This document shows positions 22,001-34,720 of a DNA stretch of 35,319 bases, piece by piece. The notes beneath the pieces were generated by a model that ran no database searches, was not told the origin of the DNA, and saw nothing but the letters and a program-made list of their open reading frames with translations. Within the stretch, counting starts at the first letter, position 1. Each line of letters starts with the position of its first letter. The position numbers were made by a program, and so were the translations under genes. The DNA is from Naegleria gruberi (lineage: Eukaryota): NCBI GenBank assembly GCA_000004985.1, contig GG739307.1, one strand, 5' to 3'.

Positions 22001-25000
22001 NNNNNNNNNNNNNNNNNNNNNNNNNNNNNNNNNNNNNNNNNNNNNNNNNNNNNNNNNNNNNNNNNNNNNNNNNNNNNNNNNNNNNNNNNNNNNNNNNNNN
22101 NNNNNNNNNNNNNNNNNNNNNNNNNNNNNNNNNNNNNNNNNNNNNNNNNNNNNNNNNNNNNNNNNNNNNNNNNNNNNNNNNNNNNNNNNNNNNNNNNNNN
22201 NNNNNNNNNNNNNNNNNNNNNNNNNNNNNNNNNNNNNNNNNNNNNNNNNNNNNNNNNNNNNNNNNNNNNNNNNNNNNNNNNNNNNNNNNNNNNNNNNNNN
22301 NNNNNNNNNNNNNNNNNNNNNNNNNNNNNNNNNNNNNNNNNNNNNNNNNNNNNNNNNNNNNNNNNNNNNNNNNNNNNNNNNNNNNNNNNNNNNNNNNNNN
22401 NNNNNNNNNNNNNNNNNNNNNNNNNNNNNNNNNNNNNNNNNNNNNNNNNNNNNNNNNNNNNNNNNNNNNNNNNNNNNNNNNNNNNNNNNNNNNNNNNNNN
22501 NNNNNNNNNNNNNNNNNNNNNNNNNNNNNNNNNNNNNNNNNNNNNNNNNNNNNNNNNNNNNNNNNNNNNNNNNNNNNNNNNNNNNNNNNNNNNNNNNNNN
22601 NNNNNNNNNNNNNNNNNNNNNNNNNNNNNNNNNNNNNNNNNNNNNNNNNNNNNNNNNNNNNNNNNNNNNNNNNNNNNNNNNNNNNNNNNNNNNNNNNNNN
22701 NNNNNNNNNNNNNNNNNNNNNNNNNNNNNNNNNNNNNNNNNNNNNNNNNNNNNNNNNNNNNNNNNNNNNNNNNNNNNNNNNNNNNNNNNNNNNNNNNNNN
22801 NNNNNNNNNNNNNNNNNNNNNNNNNNNNNNNNNNNNNNNNNNNNNNNNNNNNNNNNNNNNNNNNNNNNNNNNNNNNNNNNNNNNNNNNNNNNNNNNNNNN
22901 NNNNNNNNNNNNNNNNNNNNNNNNNNNNNNNNNNNNNNNNNNNNNNNNNNNNNNNNNNNNNNNNNNNNNNNNNNNNNNNNNNNNNNNNNNNNNNNNNNNN
23001 NNNNNNNNNNNNNNNNNNNNNNNNNNNNNNNNNNNNNNNNNNNNNNNNNNNNNNNNNNNNNNNNNNNNNNNNNNNNNNNNNNNNNNNNNNNNNNNNNNNN
23101 NNNNNNNNNNNNNNNNNNNNNNNNNNNNNNNNNNNNNNNNNNNNNNNNNNNNNNNNNNNNNNNNNNNNNNNNNNNNNNNNNNNNNNNNNNNNNNNNNNNN
23201 NNNNNNNNNNNNNNNNNNNNNNNNNNNNNNNNNNNNNNNNNNNNNNNNNNNNNNNNNNNNNNNNNNNNNNNNNNNNNNNNNNNNNNNNNNNNNNNNNNNN
23301 NNNNNNNNNNNNNNNNNNNNNNNNNNNNNNNNNNNNNNNNNNNNNNNNNNNNNNNNNNNNNNNNNNNNNNNNNNNNNNNNNNNNNNNNNNNNNNNNNNNN
23401 NNNNNNNNNNNNNNNNNNNNNNNNNNNNNNNNNNNNNNNNNNNNNNNNNNNNNNNNNNNNNNNNNNNNNNNNNNNNNNNNNNNNNNNNNNNNNNNNNNNN
23501 NNNNNNNNNNNNNNNNNNNNNNNNNNNNNNNNNNNNNNNNNNNNNNNNNNNNNNNNNNNNNNNNNNNNNNNNNNNNNNNNNNNNNNNNNNNNNNNNNNNN
23601 NNNNNNNNNNNNNNNNNNNNNNNNNNNNNNNNNNNNNNNNNNNNNNNNNNNNNNNNNNNNNNNNNNNNNNNNNNNNNNNNNNNNNNNNNNNNNNNNNNNN
23701 NNNNNNNNNNNNNNNNNNNNNNNNNNNNNNNNNNNNNNNNNNNNNNNNNNNNNNNNNNNNNNNNNNNNNNNNNNNNNNNNNNNNNNNNNNNNNNNNNNNN
23801 NNNNNNNNNNNNNNNNNNNNNNNNNNNNNNNNNNNNNNNNNNNNNNNNNNNNNNNNNNNNNNNNNNNNNNNNNNNNNNNNNNNNNNNNNNNNNNNNNNNN
23901 NNNNNNNNNNNNNNNNNNNNNNNNNNNNNNNNNNNNNNNNNNNNNNNNNNNNNNNNNNNNNNNNNNNNNNNNNNNNNNNNNNNNNNNNNNNNNNNNNNNN
24001 NNNNNNNNNNNNNNNNNNNNNNNNNNNNNNNNNNNNNNNNNNNNNNNNNNNNNNNNNNNNNNNNNNNNNNNNNNNNNNNNNNNNNNNNNNNNNNNNNNNN
24101 NNNNNNNNNNNNNNNNNNNNNNNNNNNNNNNNNNNNNNNNNNNNNNNNNNNNNNNNNNNNNNNNNNNNNNNNNNNNNNNNNNNNNNNNNNNNNNNNNNNN
24201 NNNNNNNNNNNNNNNNNNNNNNNNNNNNNNNNNNNNNNNNNNNNNNNNNNNNNNNNNNNNNNNNNNNNNNNNNNNNNNNNNNNNNNNNNNNNNNNNNNNN
24301 NNNNNNNNNNNNNNNNNNNNNNNNNNNNNNNNNNNNNNNNNNNNNNNNNNNNNNNNNNNNNNNNNNNNNNNNNNNNNNNNNNNNNNNNNNNNNNNNNNNN
24401 NNNNNNNNNNNNNNNNNNNNNNNNNNNNNNNNNNNNNNNNNNNNNNNNNNNNNNNNNNNNNNNNNNNNNNNNNNNNNNNNNNNNNNNNNNNNNNNNNNNN
24501 NNNNNNNNNNNNNNNNNNNNNNNNNNNNNNNNNNNNNNNNNNNNNNNNNNNNNNNNNNNNNNNNNNNNNNNNNNNNNNNNNNNNNNNNNNNNNNNNNNNN
24601 NNNNNNNNNNNNNNNNNNNNNNNNNNNNNNNNNNNNNNNNNNNNNNNNNNNNNNNNNNNNNNNNNNNNNNNNNNNNNNNNNNNNNNNNNNNNNNNNNNNN
24701 NNNNNNNNNNNNNNNNNNNNNNNNNNNNNNNNNNNNNNNNNNNNNNNNNNNNNNNNNNNNNNNNNNNNNNNNNNNNNNNNNNNNNNNNNNNNNNNNNNNN
24801 NNNNNNNNNNNNNNNNNNNNNNNNNNNNNNNNNNNNNNNNNNNNNNNNNNNNNNNNNNNNNNNNNNNNNNNNNNNNNNNNNNNNNNNNNNNNNNNNNNNN
24901 NNNNNNNNNNNNNNNNNNNNNNNNNNNNNNNNNNNNNNNNNNNNNNNNNNNNNNNNNNNNNNNNNNNNNNNNNNNNNNNNNNNNNNNNNNNNNNNNNNNN

Positions 25001-28000
25001 NNNNNNNNNNNNNNNNNNNNNNNNNNNNNNNNNNNNNNNNNNNNNNNNNNNNNNNNNNNNNNNNNNNNNNNNNNNNNNNNNNNNNNNNNNNNNNNNNNNN
25101 NNNNNNNNNNNNNNNNNNNNNNNNNNNNNNNNNNNNNNNNNNNNNNNNNNNNNNNNNNNNNNNNNNNNNNNNNNNNNNNNNNNNNNNNNNNNNNNNNNNN
25201 NNNNNNNNNNNNNNNNNNNNNNNNNNNNNNNNNNNNNNNNNNNNNNNNNNNNNNNNNNNNNNNNNNNNNNNNNNNNNNNNNNNNNNNNNNNNNNNNNNNN
25301 NNNNNNNNNNNNNNNNNNNNNNNNNNNNNNNNNNNNNNNNNNNNNNNNNNNNNNNNNNNNNNNNNNNNNNNNNNNNNNNNNNNNNNNNNNNNNNNNNNNN
25401 NNNNNNNNNNNNNNNNNNNNNNNNNNNNNNNNNNNNNNNNNNNNNNNNNNNNNNNNNNNNNNNNNNNNNNNNNNNNNNNNNNNNNNNNNNNNNNNNNNNN
25501 NNNNNNNNNNNNNNNNNNNNNNNNNNNNNNNNNNNNNNNNNNNNNNNNNNNNNNNNNNNNNNNNNNNNNNNNNNNNNNNNNNNNNNNNNNNNNNNNNNNN
25601 NNNNNNNNNNNNNNNNNNNNNNNNNNNNNNNNNNNNNNNNNNNNNNNNNNNNNNNNNNNNNNNNNNNNNNNNNNNNNNNNNNNNNNNNNNNNNNNNNNNN
25701 NNNNNNNNNNNNNNNNNNNNNNNNNNNNNNNNNNNNNNNNNNNNNNNNNNNNNNNNNNNNNNNNNNNNNNNNNNNNNNNNNNNNNNNNNNNNNNNNNNNN
25801 NNNNNNNNNNNNNNNNNNNNNNNNNNNNNNNNNNNNNNNNNNNNNNNNNNNNNNNNNNNNNNNNNNNNNNNNNNNNNNNNNNNNNNNNNNNNNNNNNNNN
25901 NNNNNNNNNNNNNNNNNNNNNNNNNNNNNNNNNNNNNNNNNNNNNNNNNNNNNNNNNNNNNNNNNNNNNNNNNNNNNNNNNNNNNNNNNNNNNNNNNNNN
26001 NNNNNNNNNNNNNNNNNNNNNNNNNNNNNNNNNNNNNNNNNNNNNNNNNNNNNNNNNNNNNNNNNNNNNNNNNNNNNNNNNNNNNNNNNNNNNNNNNNNN
26101 NNNNNNNNNNNNNNNNNNNNNNNNNNNNNNNNNNNNNNNNNNNNNNNNNNNNNNNNNNNNNNNNNNNNNNNNNNNNNNNNNNNNNNNNNNNNNNNNNNNN
26201 NNNNNNNNNNNNNNNNNNNNNNNNNNNNNNNNNNNNNNNNNNNNNNNNNNNNNNNNNNNNNNNNNNNNNNNNNNNNNNNNNNNNNNNNNNNNNNNNNNNN
26301 NNNNNNNNNNNNNNNNNNNNNNNNNNNNNNNNNNNNNNNNNNNNNNNNNNNNNNNNNNNNNNNNNNNNNNNNNNNNNNNNNNNNNNNNNNNNNNNNNNNN
26401 NNNNNNNNNNNNNNNNNNNNNNNNNNNNNNNNNNNNNNNNNNNNNNNNNNNNNNNNNNNNNNNNNNNNNNNNNNNNNNNNNNNNNNNNNNNNNNNNNNNN
26501 NNNNNNNNNNNNNNNNNNNNNNNNNNNNNNNNNNNNNNNNNNNNNNNNNNNNNNNNNNNNNNNNNNNNNNNNNNNNNNNNNNNNNNNNNNNNNNNNNNNN
26601 NNNNNNNNNNNNNNNNNNNNNNNNNNNNNNNNNNNNNNNNNNNNNNNNNNNNNNNNNNNNNNNNNNNNNNNNNNNNNNNNNNNNNNNNNNNNNNNNNNNN
26701 NNNNNNNNNNNNNNNNNNNNNNNNNNNNNNNNNNNNNNNNNNNNNNNNNNNNNNNNNNNNNNNNNNNNNNNNNNNNNNNNNNNNNNNNNNNNNNNNNNNN
26801 NNNNNNNNNNNNNNNNNNNNNNNNNNNNNNNNNNNNNNNNNNNNNNNNNNNNNNNNNNNNNNNNNNNNNNNNNNNNNNNNNNNNNNNNNNNNNNNNNNNN
26901 NNNNNNNNNNNNNNNNNNNNNNNNNNNNNNNNNNNNNNNNNNNNNNNNNNNNNNNNNNNNNNNNNNNNNNNNNNNNNNNNNNNNNNNNNNNNNNNNNNNN
27001 NNNNNNNNNNNNNNNNNNNNNNNNNNNNNNNNNNNNNNNNNNNNNNNNNNNNNNNNNNNNNNNNNNNNNNNNNNNNNNNNNNNNNNNNNNNNNNNNNNNN
27101 NNNNNNNNNNNNNNNNNNNNNNNNNNNNNNNNNNNNNNNNNNNNNNNNNNNNNNNNNNNNNNNNNNNNNNNNNNNNNNNNNNNNNNNNNNNNNNNNNNNN
27201 NNNNNNNNNNNNNNNNNNNNNNNNNNNNNNNNNNNNNNNNNNNNNNNNNNNNNNNNNNNNNNNNNNNNNNNNNNNNNNNNNNNNNNNNNNNNNNNNNNNN
27301 NNNNNNNNNNNNNNNNNNNNNNNNNNNNNNNNNNNNNNNNNNNNNNNNNNNNNNNNNNNNNNNNNNNNNNNNNNNNNNNNNNNNNNNNNNNNNNNNNNNN
27401 NNNNNNNNNNNNNNNNNNNNNNNNNNNNNNNNNNNNNNNNNNNNNNNNNNNNNNNNNNNNNNNNNNNNNNNNNNNNNNNNNNNNNNNNNNNNNNNNNNNN
27501 NNNNNNNNNNNNNNNNNNNNNNNNNNNNNNNNNNNNNNNNNNNNNNNNNNNNNNNNNNNNNNNNNNNNNNNNNNNNNNNNNNNNNNNNNNNNNNNNNNNN
27601 NNNNNNNNNNNNNNNNNNNNNNNNNNNNNNNNNNNNNNNNNNNNNNNNNNNNNNNNNNNNNNNNNNNNNNNNNNNNNNNNNNNNNNNNNNNNNNNNNNNN
27701 NNNNNNNNNNNNNNNNNNNNNNNNNNNNNNNNNNNNNNNNNNNNNNNNNNNNNNNNNNNNNNNNNNNNNNNNNNNNNNNNNNNNNNNNNNNNNNNNNNNN
27801 NNNNNNNNNNNNNNNNNNNNNNNNNNNNNNNNNNNNNNNNNNNNNNNNNNNNNNNNNNNNNNNNNNNNNNNNNNNNNNNNNNNNNNNNNNNNNNNNNNNN
27901 NNNNNNNNNNNNNNNNNNNNNNNNNNNNNNNNNNNNNNNNNNNNNNNNNNNNNNNNNNNNNNNNNNNNNNNNNNNNNNNNNNNNNNNNNNNNNNNNNNNN

Positions 28001-31000
28001 NNNNNNNNNNNNNNNNNNNNNNNNNNNNNNNNNNNNNNNNNNNNNNNNNNNNNNNNNNNNNNNNNNNNNNNNNNNNNNNNNNNNNNNNNNNNNNNNNNNN
28101 NNNNNNNNNNNNNNNNNNNNNNNNNNNNNNNNNNNNNNNNNNNNNNNNNNNNNNNNNNNNNNNNNNNNNNNNNNNNNNNNNNNNNNNNNNNNNNNNNNNN
28201 NNNNNNNNNNNNNNNNNNNNNNNNNNNNNNNNNNNNNNNNNNNNNNNNNNNNNNNNNNNNNNNNNNNNNNNNNNNNNNNNNNNNNNNNNNNNNNNNNNNN
28301 NNNNNNNNNNNNNNNNNNNNNNNNNNNNNNNNNNNNNNNNNNNNNNNNNNNNNNNNNNNNNNNNNNNNNNNNNNNNNNNNNNNNNNNNNNNNNNNNNNNN
28401 NNNNNNNNNNNNNNNNNNNNNNNNNNNNNNNNNNNNNNNNNNNNNNNNNNNNNNNNNNNNNNNNNNNNNNNNNNNNNNNNNNNNNNNNNNNNNNNNNNNN
28501 NNNNNNNNNNNNNNNNNNNNNNNNNNNNNNNNNNNNNNNNNNNNNNNNNNNNNNNNNNNNNNNNNNNNNNNNNNNNNNNNNNNNNNNNNNNNNNNNNNNN
28601 NNNNNNNNNNNNNNNNNNNNNNNNNNNNNNNNNNNNNNNNNNNNNNNNNNNNNNNNNNNNNNNNNNNNNNNNNNNNNNNNNNNNNNNNNNNNNNNNNNNN
28701 NNNNNNNNNNNNNNNNNNNNNNNNNNNNNNNNNNNNNNNNNNNNNNNNNNNNNNNNNNNNNNNNNNNNNNNNNNNNNNNNNNNNNNNNNNNNNNNNNNNN
28801 NNNNNNNNNNNNNNNNNNNNNNNNNNNNNNNNNNNNNNNNNNNNNNNNNNNNNNNNNNNNNNNNNNNNNNNNNNNNNNNNNNNNNNNNNNNNNNNNNNNN
28901 NNNNNNNNNNNNNNNNNNNNNNNNNNNNNNNNNNNNNNNNNNNNNNNNNNNNNNNNNNNNNNNNNNNNNNNNNNNNNNNNNNNNNNNNNNNNNNNNNNNN
29001 NNNNNNNNNNNNNNNNNNNNNNNNNNNNNNNNNNNNNNNNNNNNNNNNNNNNNNNNNNNNNNNNNNNNNNNNNNNNNNNNNNNNNNNNNNNNNNNNNNNN
29101 NNNNNNNNNNNNNNNNNNNNNNNNNNNNNNNNNNNNNNNNNNNNNNNNNNNNNNNNNNNNNNNNNNNNNNNNNNNNNNNNNNNNNNNNNNNNNNNNNNNN
29201 NNNNNNNNNNNNNNNNNNNNNNNNNNNNNNNNNNNNNNNNNNNNNNNNNNNNNNNNNNNNNNNNNNNNNNNNNNNNNNNNNNNNNNNNNNNNNNNNNNNN
29301 NNNNNNNNNNNNNNNNNNNNNNNNNNNNNNNNNNNNNNNNNNNNNNNNNNNNNNNNNNNNNNNNNNNNNNNNNNNNNNNNNNNNNNNNNNNNNNNNNNNN
29401 NNNNNNNNNNNNNNNNNNNNNNNNNNNNNNNNNNNNNNNNNNNNNNNNNNNNNNNNNNNNNNNNNNNNNNNNNNNNNNNNNNNNNNNNNNNNNNNNNNNN
29501 NNNNNNNNNNNNNNNNNNNNNNNNNNNNNNNNNNNNNNNNNNNNNNNNNNNNNNNNNNNNNNNNNNNNNNNNNNNNNNNNNNNNNNNNNNNNNNNNNNNN
29601 NNNNNNNNNNNNNNNNNNNNNNNNNNNNNNNNNNNNNNNNNNNNNNNNNNNNNNNNNNNNNNNNNNNNNNNNNNNNNNNNNNNNNNNNNNNNNNNNNNNN
29701 NNNNNNNNNNNNNNNNNNNNNNNNNNNNNNNNNNNNNNNNNNNNNNNNNNNNNNNNNNNNNNNNNNNNNNNNNNNNNNNNNNNNNNNNNNNNNNNNNNNN
29801 NNNNNNNNNNNNNNNNNNNNNNNNNNNNNNNNNNNNNNNNNNNNNNNNNNNNNNNNNNNNNNNNNNNNNNNNNNNNNNNNNNNNNNNNNNNNNNNNNNNN
29901 NNNNNNNNNNNNNNNNNNNNNNNNNNNNNNNNNNNNNNNNNNNNNNNNNNNNNNNNNNNNNNNNNNNNNNNNNNNNNNNNNNNNNNNNNNNNNNNNNNNN
30001 NNNNNNNNNNNNNNNNNNNNNNNNNNNNNNNNNNNNNNNNNNNNNNNNNNNNNNNNNNNNNNNNNNNNNNNNNNNNNNNNNNNNNNNNNNNNNNNNNNNN
30101 NNNNNNNNNNNNNNNNNNNNNNNNNNNNNNNNNNNNNNNNNNNNNNNNNNNNNNNNNNNNNNNNNNNNNNNNNNNNNNNNNNNNNNNNNNNNNNNNNNNN
30201 NNNNNNNNNNNNNNNNNNNNNNNNNNNNNNNNNNNNNNNNNNNNNNNNNNNNNNNNNNNNNNNNNNNNNNNNNNNNNNNNNNNNNNNNNNNNNNNNNNNN
30301 NNNNNNNNNNNNNNNNNNNNNNNNNNNNNNNNNNNNNNNNNNNNNNNNNNNNNNNNNNNNNNNNNNNNNNNNNNNNNNNNNNNNNNNNNNNNNNNNNNNN
30401 NNNNNNNNNNNNNNNNNNNNNNNNNNNNNNNNNNNNNNNNNNNNNNNNNNNNNNNNNNNNNNNNNNNNNNNNNNNNNNNNNNNNNNNNNNNNNNNNNNNN
30501 NNNNNNNNNNNNNNNNNNNNNNNNNNNNNNNNNNNNNNNNNNNNNNNNNNNNNNNNNNNNNNNNNNNNNNNNNNNNNNNNNNNNNNNNNNNNNNNNNNNN
30601 NNNNNNNNNNNNNNNNNNNNNNNNNNNNNNNNNNNNNNNNNNNNNNNNNNNNNNNNNNNNNNNNNNNNNNNNNNNNNNNNNNNNNNNNNNNNNNNNNNNN
30701 NNNNNNNNNNNNNNNNNNNNNNNNNNNNNNNNNNNNNNNNNNNNNNNNNNNNNNNNNNNNNNNNNNNNNNNNNNNNNNNNNNNNNNNNNNNNNNNNNNNN
30801 NNNNNNNNNNNNNNNNNNNNNNNNNNNNNNNNNNNNNNNNNNNNNNNNNNNNNNNNNNNNNNNNNNNNNNNNNNNNNNNNNNNNNNNNNNNNNNNNNNNN
30901 NNNNNNNNNNNNNNNNNNNNNNNNNNNNNNNNNNNNNNNNNNNNNNNNNNNNNNNNNNNNNNNNNNNNNNNNNNNNNNNNNNNNNNNNNNNNNNNNNNNN

Positions 31001-34000
31001 NNNNNNNNNNNNNNNNNNNNNNNNNNNNNNNNNNNNNNNNNNNNNNNNNNNNNNNNNNNNNNNNNNNNNNNNNNNNNNNNNNNNNNNNNNNNNNNNNNNN
31101 NNNNNNNNNNNNNNNNNNNNNNNNNNNNNNNNNNNNNNNNNNNNNNNNNNNNNNNNNNNNNNNNNNNNNNNNNNNNNNNNNNNNNNNNNNNNNNNNNNNN
31201 NNNNNNNNNNNNNNNNNNNNNNNNNNNNNNNNNNNNNNNNNNNNNNNNNNNNNNNNNNNNNNNNNNNNNNNNNNNNNNNNNNNNNNNNNNNNNNNNNNNN
31301 NNNNNNNNNNNNNNNNNNNNNNNNNNNNNNNNNNNNNNNNNNNNNNNNNNNNNNNNNNNNNNNNNNNNNNNNNNNNNNNNNNNNNNNNNNNNNNNNNNNN
31401 NNNNNNNNNNNNNNNNNNNNNNNNNNNNNNNNNNNNNNNNNNNNNNNNNNNNNNNNNNNNNNNNNNNNNNNNNNNNNNNNNNNNNNNNNNNNNNNNNNNN
31501 NNNNNNNNNNNNNNNNNNNNNNNNNNNNNNNNNNNNNNNNNNNNNNNNNNNNNNNNNNNNNNNNNNNNNNNNNNNNNNNNNNNNNNNNNNNNNNNNNNNN
31601 NNNNNNNNNNNNNNNNNNNNNNNNNNNNNNNNNNNNNNNNNNNNNNNNNNNNNNNNNNNNNNNNNNNNNNNNNNNNNNNNNNNNNNNNNNNNNNNNNNNN
31701 NNNNNNNNNNNNNNNNNNNNNNNNNNNNNNNNNNNNNNNNNNNNNNNNNNNNNNNNNNNNNNNNNNNNNNNNNNNNNNNNNNNNNNNNNNNNNNNNNNNN
31801 NNNNNNNNNNNNNNNNNNNNNNNNNNNNNNNNNNNNNNNNNNNNNNNNNNNNNNNNNNNNNNNNNNNNNNNNNNNNNNNNNNNNNNNNNNNNNNNNNNNN
31901 NNNNNNNNNNNNNNNNNNNNNNNNNNNNNNNNNNNNNNNNNNNNNNNNNNNNNNNNNNNNNNNNNNNNNNNNNNNNNNNNNNNNNNNNNNNNNNNNNNNN
32001 NNNNNNNNNNNNNNNNNNNNNNNNNNNNNNNNNNNNNNNNNNNNNNNNNNNNNNNNNNNNNNNNNNNNNNNNNNNNNNNNNNNNNNNNNNNNNNNNNNNN
32101 NNNNNNNNNNNNNNNNNNNNNNNNNNNNNNNNNNNNNNNNNNNNNNNNNNNNNNNNNNNNNNNNNNNNNNNNNNNNNNNNNNNNNNNNNNNNNNNNNNNN
32201 NNNNNNNNNNNNNNNNNNNNNNNNNNNNNNNNNNNNNNNNNNNNNNNNNNNNNNNNNNNNNNNNNNNNNNNNNNNNNNNNNNNNNNNNNNNNNNNNNNNN
32301 NNNNNNNNNNNNNNNNNNNNNNNNNNNNNNNNNNNNNNNNNNNNNNNNNNNNNNNNNNNNNNNNNNNNNNNNNNNNNNNNNNNNNNNNNNNNNNNNNNNN
32401 NNNNNNNNNNNNNNNNNNNNNNNNNNNNNNNNNNNNNNNNNNNNNNNNNNNNNNNNNNNNNNNNNNNNNNNNNNNNNNNNNNNNNNNNNNNNNNNNNNNN
32501 NNNNNNNNNNNNNNNNNNNNNNNNNNNNNNNNNNNNNNNNNNNNNNNNNNNNNNNNNNNNNNNNNNNNNNNNNNNNNNNNNNNNNNNNNNNNNNNNNNNN
32601 NNNNNNNNNNNNNNNNNNNNNNNNNNNNNNNNNNNNNNNNNNNNNNNNNNNNNNNNNNNNNNNNNNNNNNNNNNNNNNNNNNNNNNNNNNNNNNNNNNNN
32701 NNNNNNNNNNNNNNNNNNNNNNNNNNNNNNNNNNNNNNNNNNNNNNNNNNNNNNNNNNNNNNNNNNNNNNNNNNNNNNNNNNNNNNNNNNNNNNNNNNNN
32801 NNNNNNNNNNNNNNNNNNNNNNNNNNNNNNNNNNNNNNNNNNNNNNNNNNNNNNNNNNNNNNNNNNNNNNNNNNNNNNNNNNNNNNNNNNNNNNNNNNNN
32901 NNNNNNNNNNNNNNNNNNNNNNNNNNNNNNNNNNNNNNNNNNNNNNNNNNNNNNNNNNNNNNNNNNNNNNNNNNNNNNNNNNNNNNNNNNNNNNNNNNNN
33001 NNNNNNNNNNNNNNNNNNNNNNNNNNNNNNNNNNNNNNNNNNNNNNNNNNNNNNNNNNNNNNNNNNNNNNNNNNNNNNNNNNNNNNNNNNNNNNNNNNNN
33101 NNNNNNNNNNNNNNNNNNNNNNNNNNNNNNNNNNNNNNNNNNNNNNNNNNNNNNNNNNNNNNNNNNNNNNNNNNNNNNNNNNNNNNNNNNNNNNNNNNNN
33201 NNNNNNNNNNNNNNNNNNNNNNNNNNNNNNNNNNNNNNNNNNNNNNNNNNNNNNNNNNNNNNNNNNNNNNNNNNNNNNNNNNNNNNNNNNNNNNNNNNNN
33301 NNNNNNNNNNNNNNNNNNNNNNNNNNNNNNNNNNNNNNNNNNNNNNNNNNNNNNNNNNNNNNNNNNNNNNNNNNNNNNNNNNNNNNNNNNNNNNNNNNNN
33401 NNNNNNNNNNNNNNNNNNNNNNNNNNNNNNNNNNNNNNNNNNNNNNNNNNNNNNNNNNNNNNNNNNNNNNNNNNNNNNNNNNNNNNNNNNNNNNNNNNNN
33501 NNNNNNNNNNNNNNNNNNNNNNNNNNNNNNNNNNNNNNNNNNNNNNNNNNNNNNNNNNNNNNNNNNNNNNNNNNNNNNNNNNNNNNNNNNNNNNNNNNNN
33601 NNNNNNNNNNNNNNNNNNNNNNNNNNNNNNNNNNNNNNNNNNNNNNNNNNNNNNNNNNNNNNNNNNNNNNNNNNNNNNNNNNNNNNNNNNNNNNNNNNNN
33701 NNNNNNNNNNNNNNNNNNNNNNNNNNNNNNNNNNNNNNNNNNNNNNNNNNNNNNNNNNNNNNNNNNNNNNNNNNNNNNNNNNNNNNNNNNNNNNNNNNNN
33801 NNNNNNNNNNNNNNNNNNNNNNNNNNNNNNNNNNNNNNNNNNNNNNNNNNNNNNNNNNNNNNNNNNNNNNNNNNNNNNNNNNNNNNNNNNNNNNNNNNNN
33901 NNNNNNNNNNNNNNNNNNNNNNNNNNNNNNNNNNNNNNNNNNNNNNNNNNNNNNNNNNNNNNNNNNNNNNNNNNNNNNNNNNNNNNNNNNNNNNNNNNNN

Positions 34001-34454
34001 NNNNNNNNNNNNNNNNNNNNNNNNNNNNNNNNNNNNNNNNNNNNNNNNNNNNNNNNNNNNNNNNNNNNNNNNNNNNNNNNNNNNNNNNNNNNNNNNNNNN
34101 NNNNNNNNNNNNNNNNNNNNNNNNNNNNNNNNNNNNNNNNNNNNNNNNNNNNNNNNNNNNNNNNNNNNNNNNNNNNNNNNNNNNNNNNNNNNNNNNNNNN
34201 NNNNNNNNNNNNNNNNNNNNNNNNNNNNNNNNNNNNNNNNNNNNNNNNNNNNNNNNNNNNNNNNNNNNNNNNNNNNNNNNNNNNNNNNNNNNNNNNNNNN
34301 NNNNNNNNNNNNNNNNNNNNNNNNNNNNNNNNNNNNNNNNNNNNNNNNNNNNNNNNNNNNNNNNNNNNNNNNNNNNNNNNNNNNNNNNNNNNNNNNNNNN
34401 NNNNNNNNNNNNNNNNNNNNNNNNNNNNNNNNNNNNNNNNNNNNNNNNNNNNNN
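1041..34454. other. Assembly gap or hard-masked run of N (33,414 nt); no sequence information
   Basis: Directly seen: every base from 1041 through 34454 is 'n'. Real sequence is only 1..1040 and 34455..35319. Confidence 0.99.
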
Positions 34455-34714
34455 TTTTGCCACAGGAAGCTTTTTTACGTTTTCTTTCCGAGATGGGAAC
34501 ATCATTGAGGATACTACTTGTCATTTGTGATGTTTGGCAGGTGAAATTTTGTTGTTATAATGATGATGACTAGATTTTCAGAGTGGTTACGAAGGTTGTG
34601 AATAGGATAAATGACTTGCAATTTTTTTTGAAATGTCAACAAACATAAGAAGCTTAGCTGACGTTGAACATCAACAGAAAACCTTCCTAAATCAAACAAT
34701 CATTTCTTTATGTA

Positions 34715-34720
34715 AATAAA
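34715..34720 (+). promoter_or_regulatory. AATAAA hexamer; candidate poly(A) signal for a possible + strand terminal exon, or fortuitous
   Basis: gtAAATAAAga lies 67 nt downstream of a TAA (34646..34648) that closes a 22-codon + strand frame starting right after a ttttcag acceptor-like motif (34575..34581). Entirely motif-based. Confidence 0.15.

Noticed and set aside
895-34524. Track ORFs of 11,209 aa (895..34524) and 11,160 aa (1023..34505) on the minus strand
   Set aside because: They consist almost entirely of X from translating the N-run. The only real residues are ~23 aa at one end (MTSSILNDVPISERKRKKASCGK / MMFPSRKENVKKLPVAK) and a few at the other. They are not genes.
34514-34699. 61-aa minus-strand track ORF (MFDLGRFSVDVQRQL…)
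   Set aside because: Short and lies in AT-rich UTR-like sequence between two candidate gene ends. It has no acceptor or donor context, a non-optimal codon pattern and no recognisable motif. It is most likely a chance ORF.
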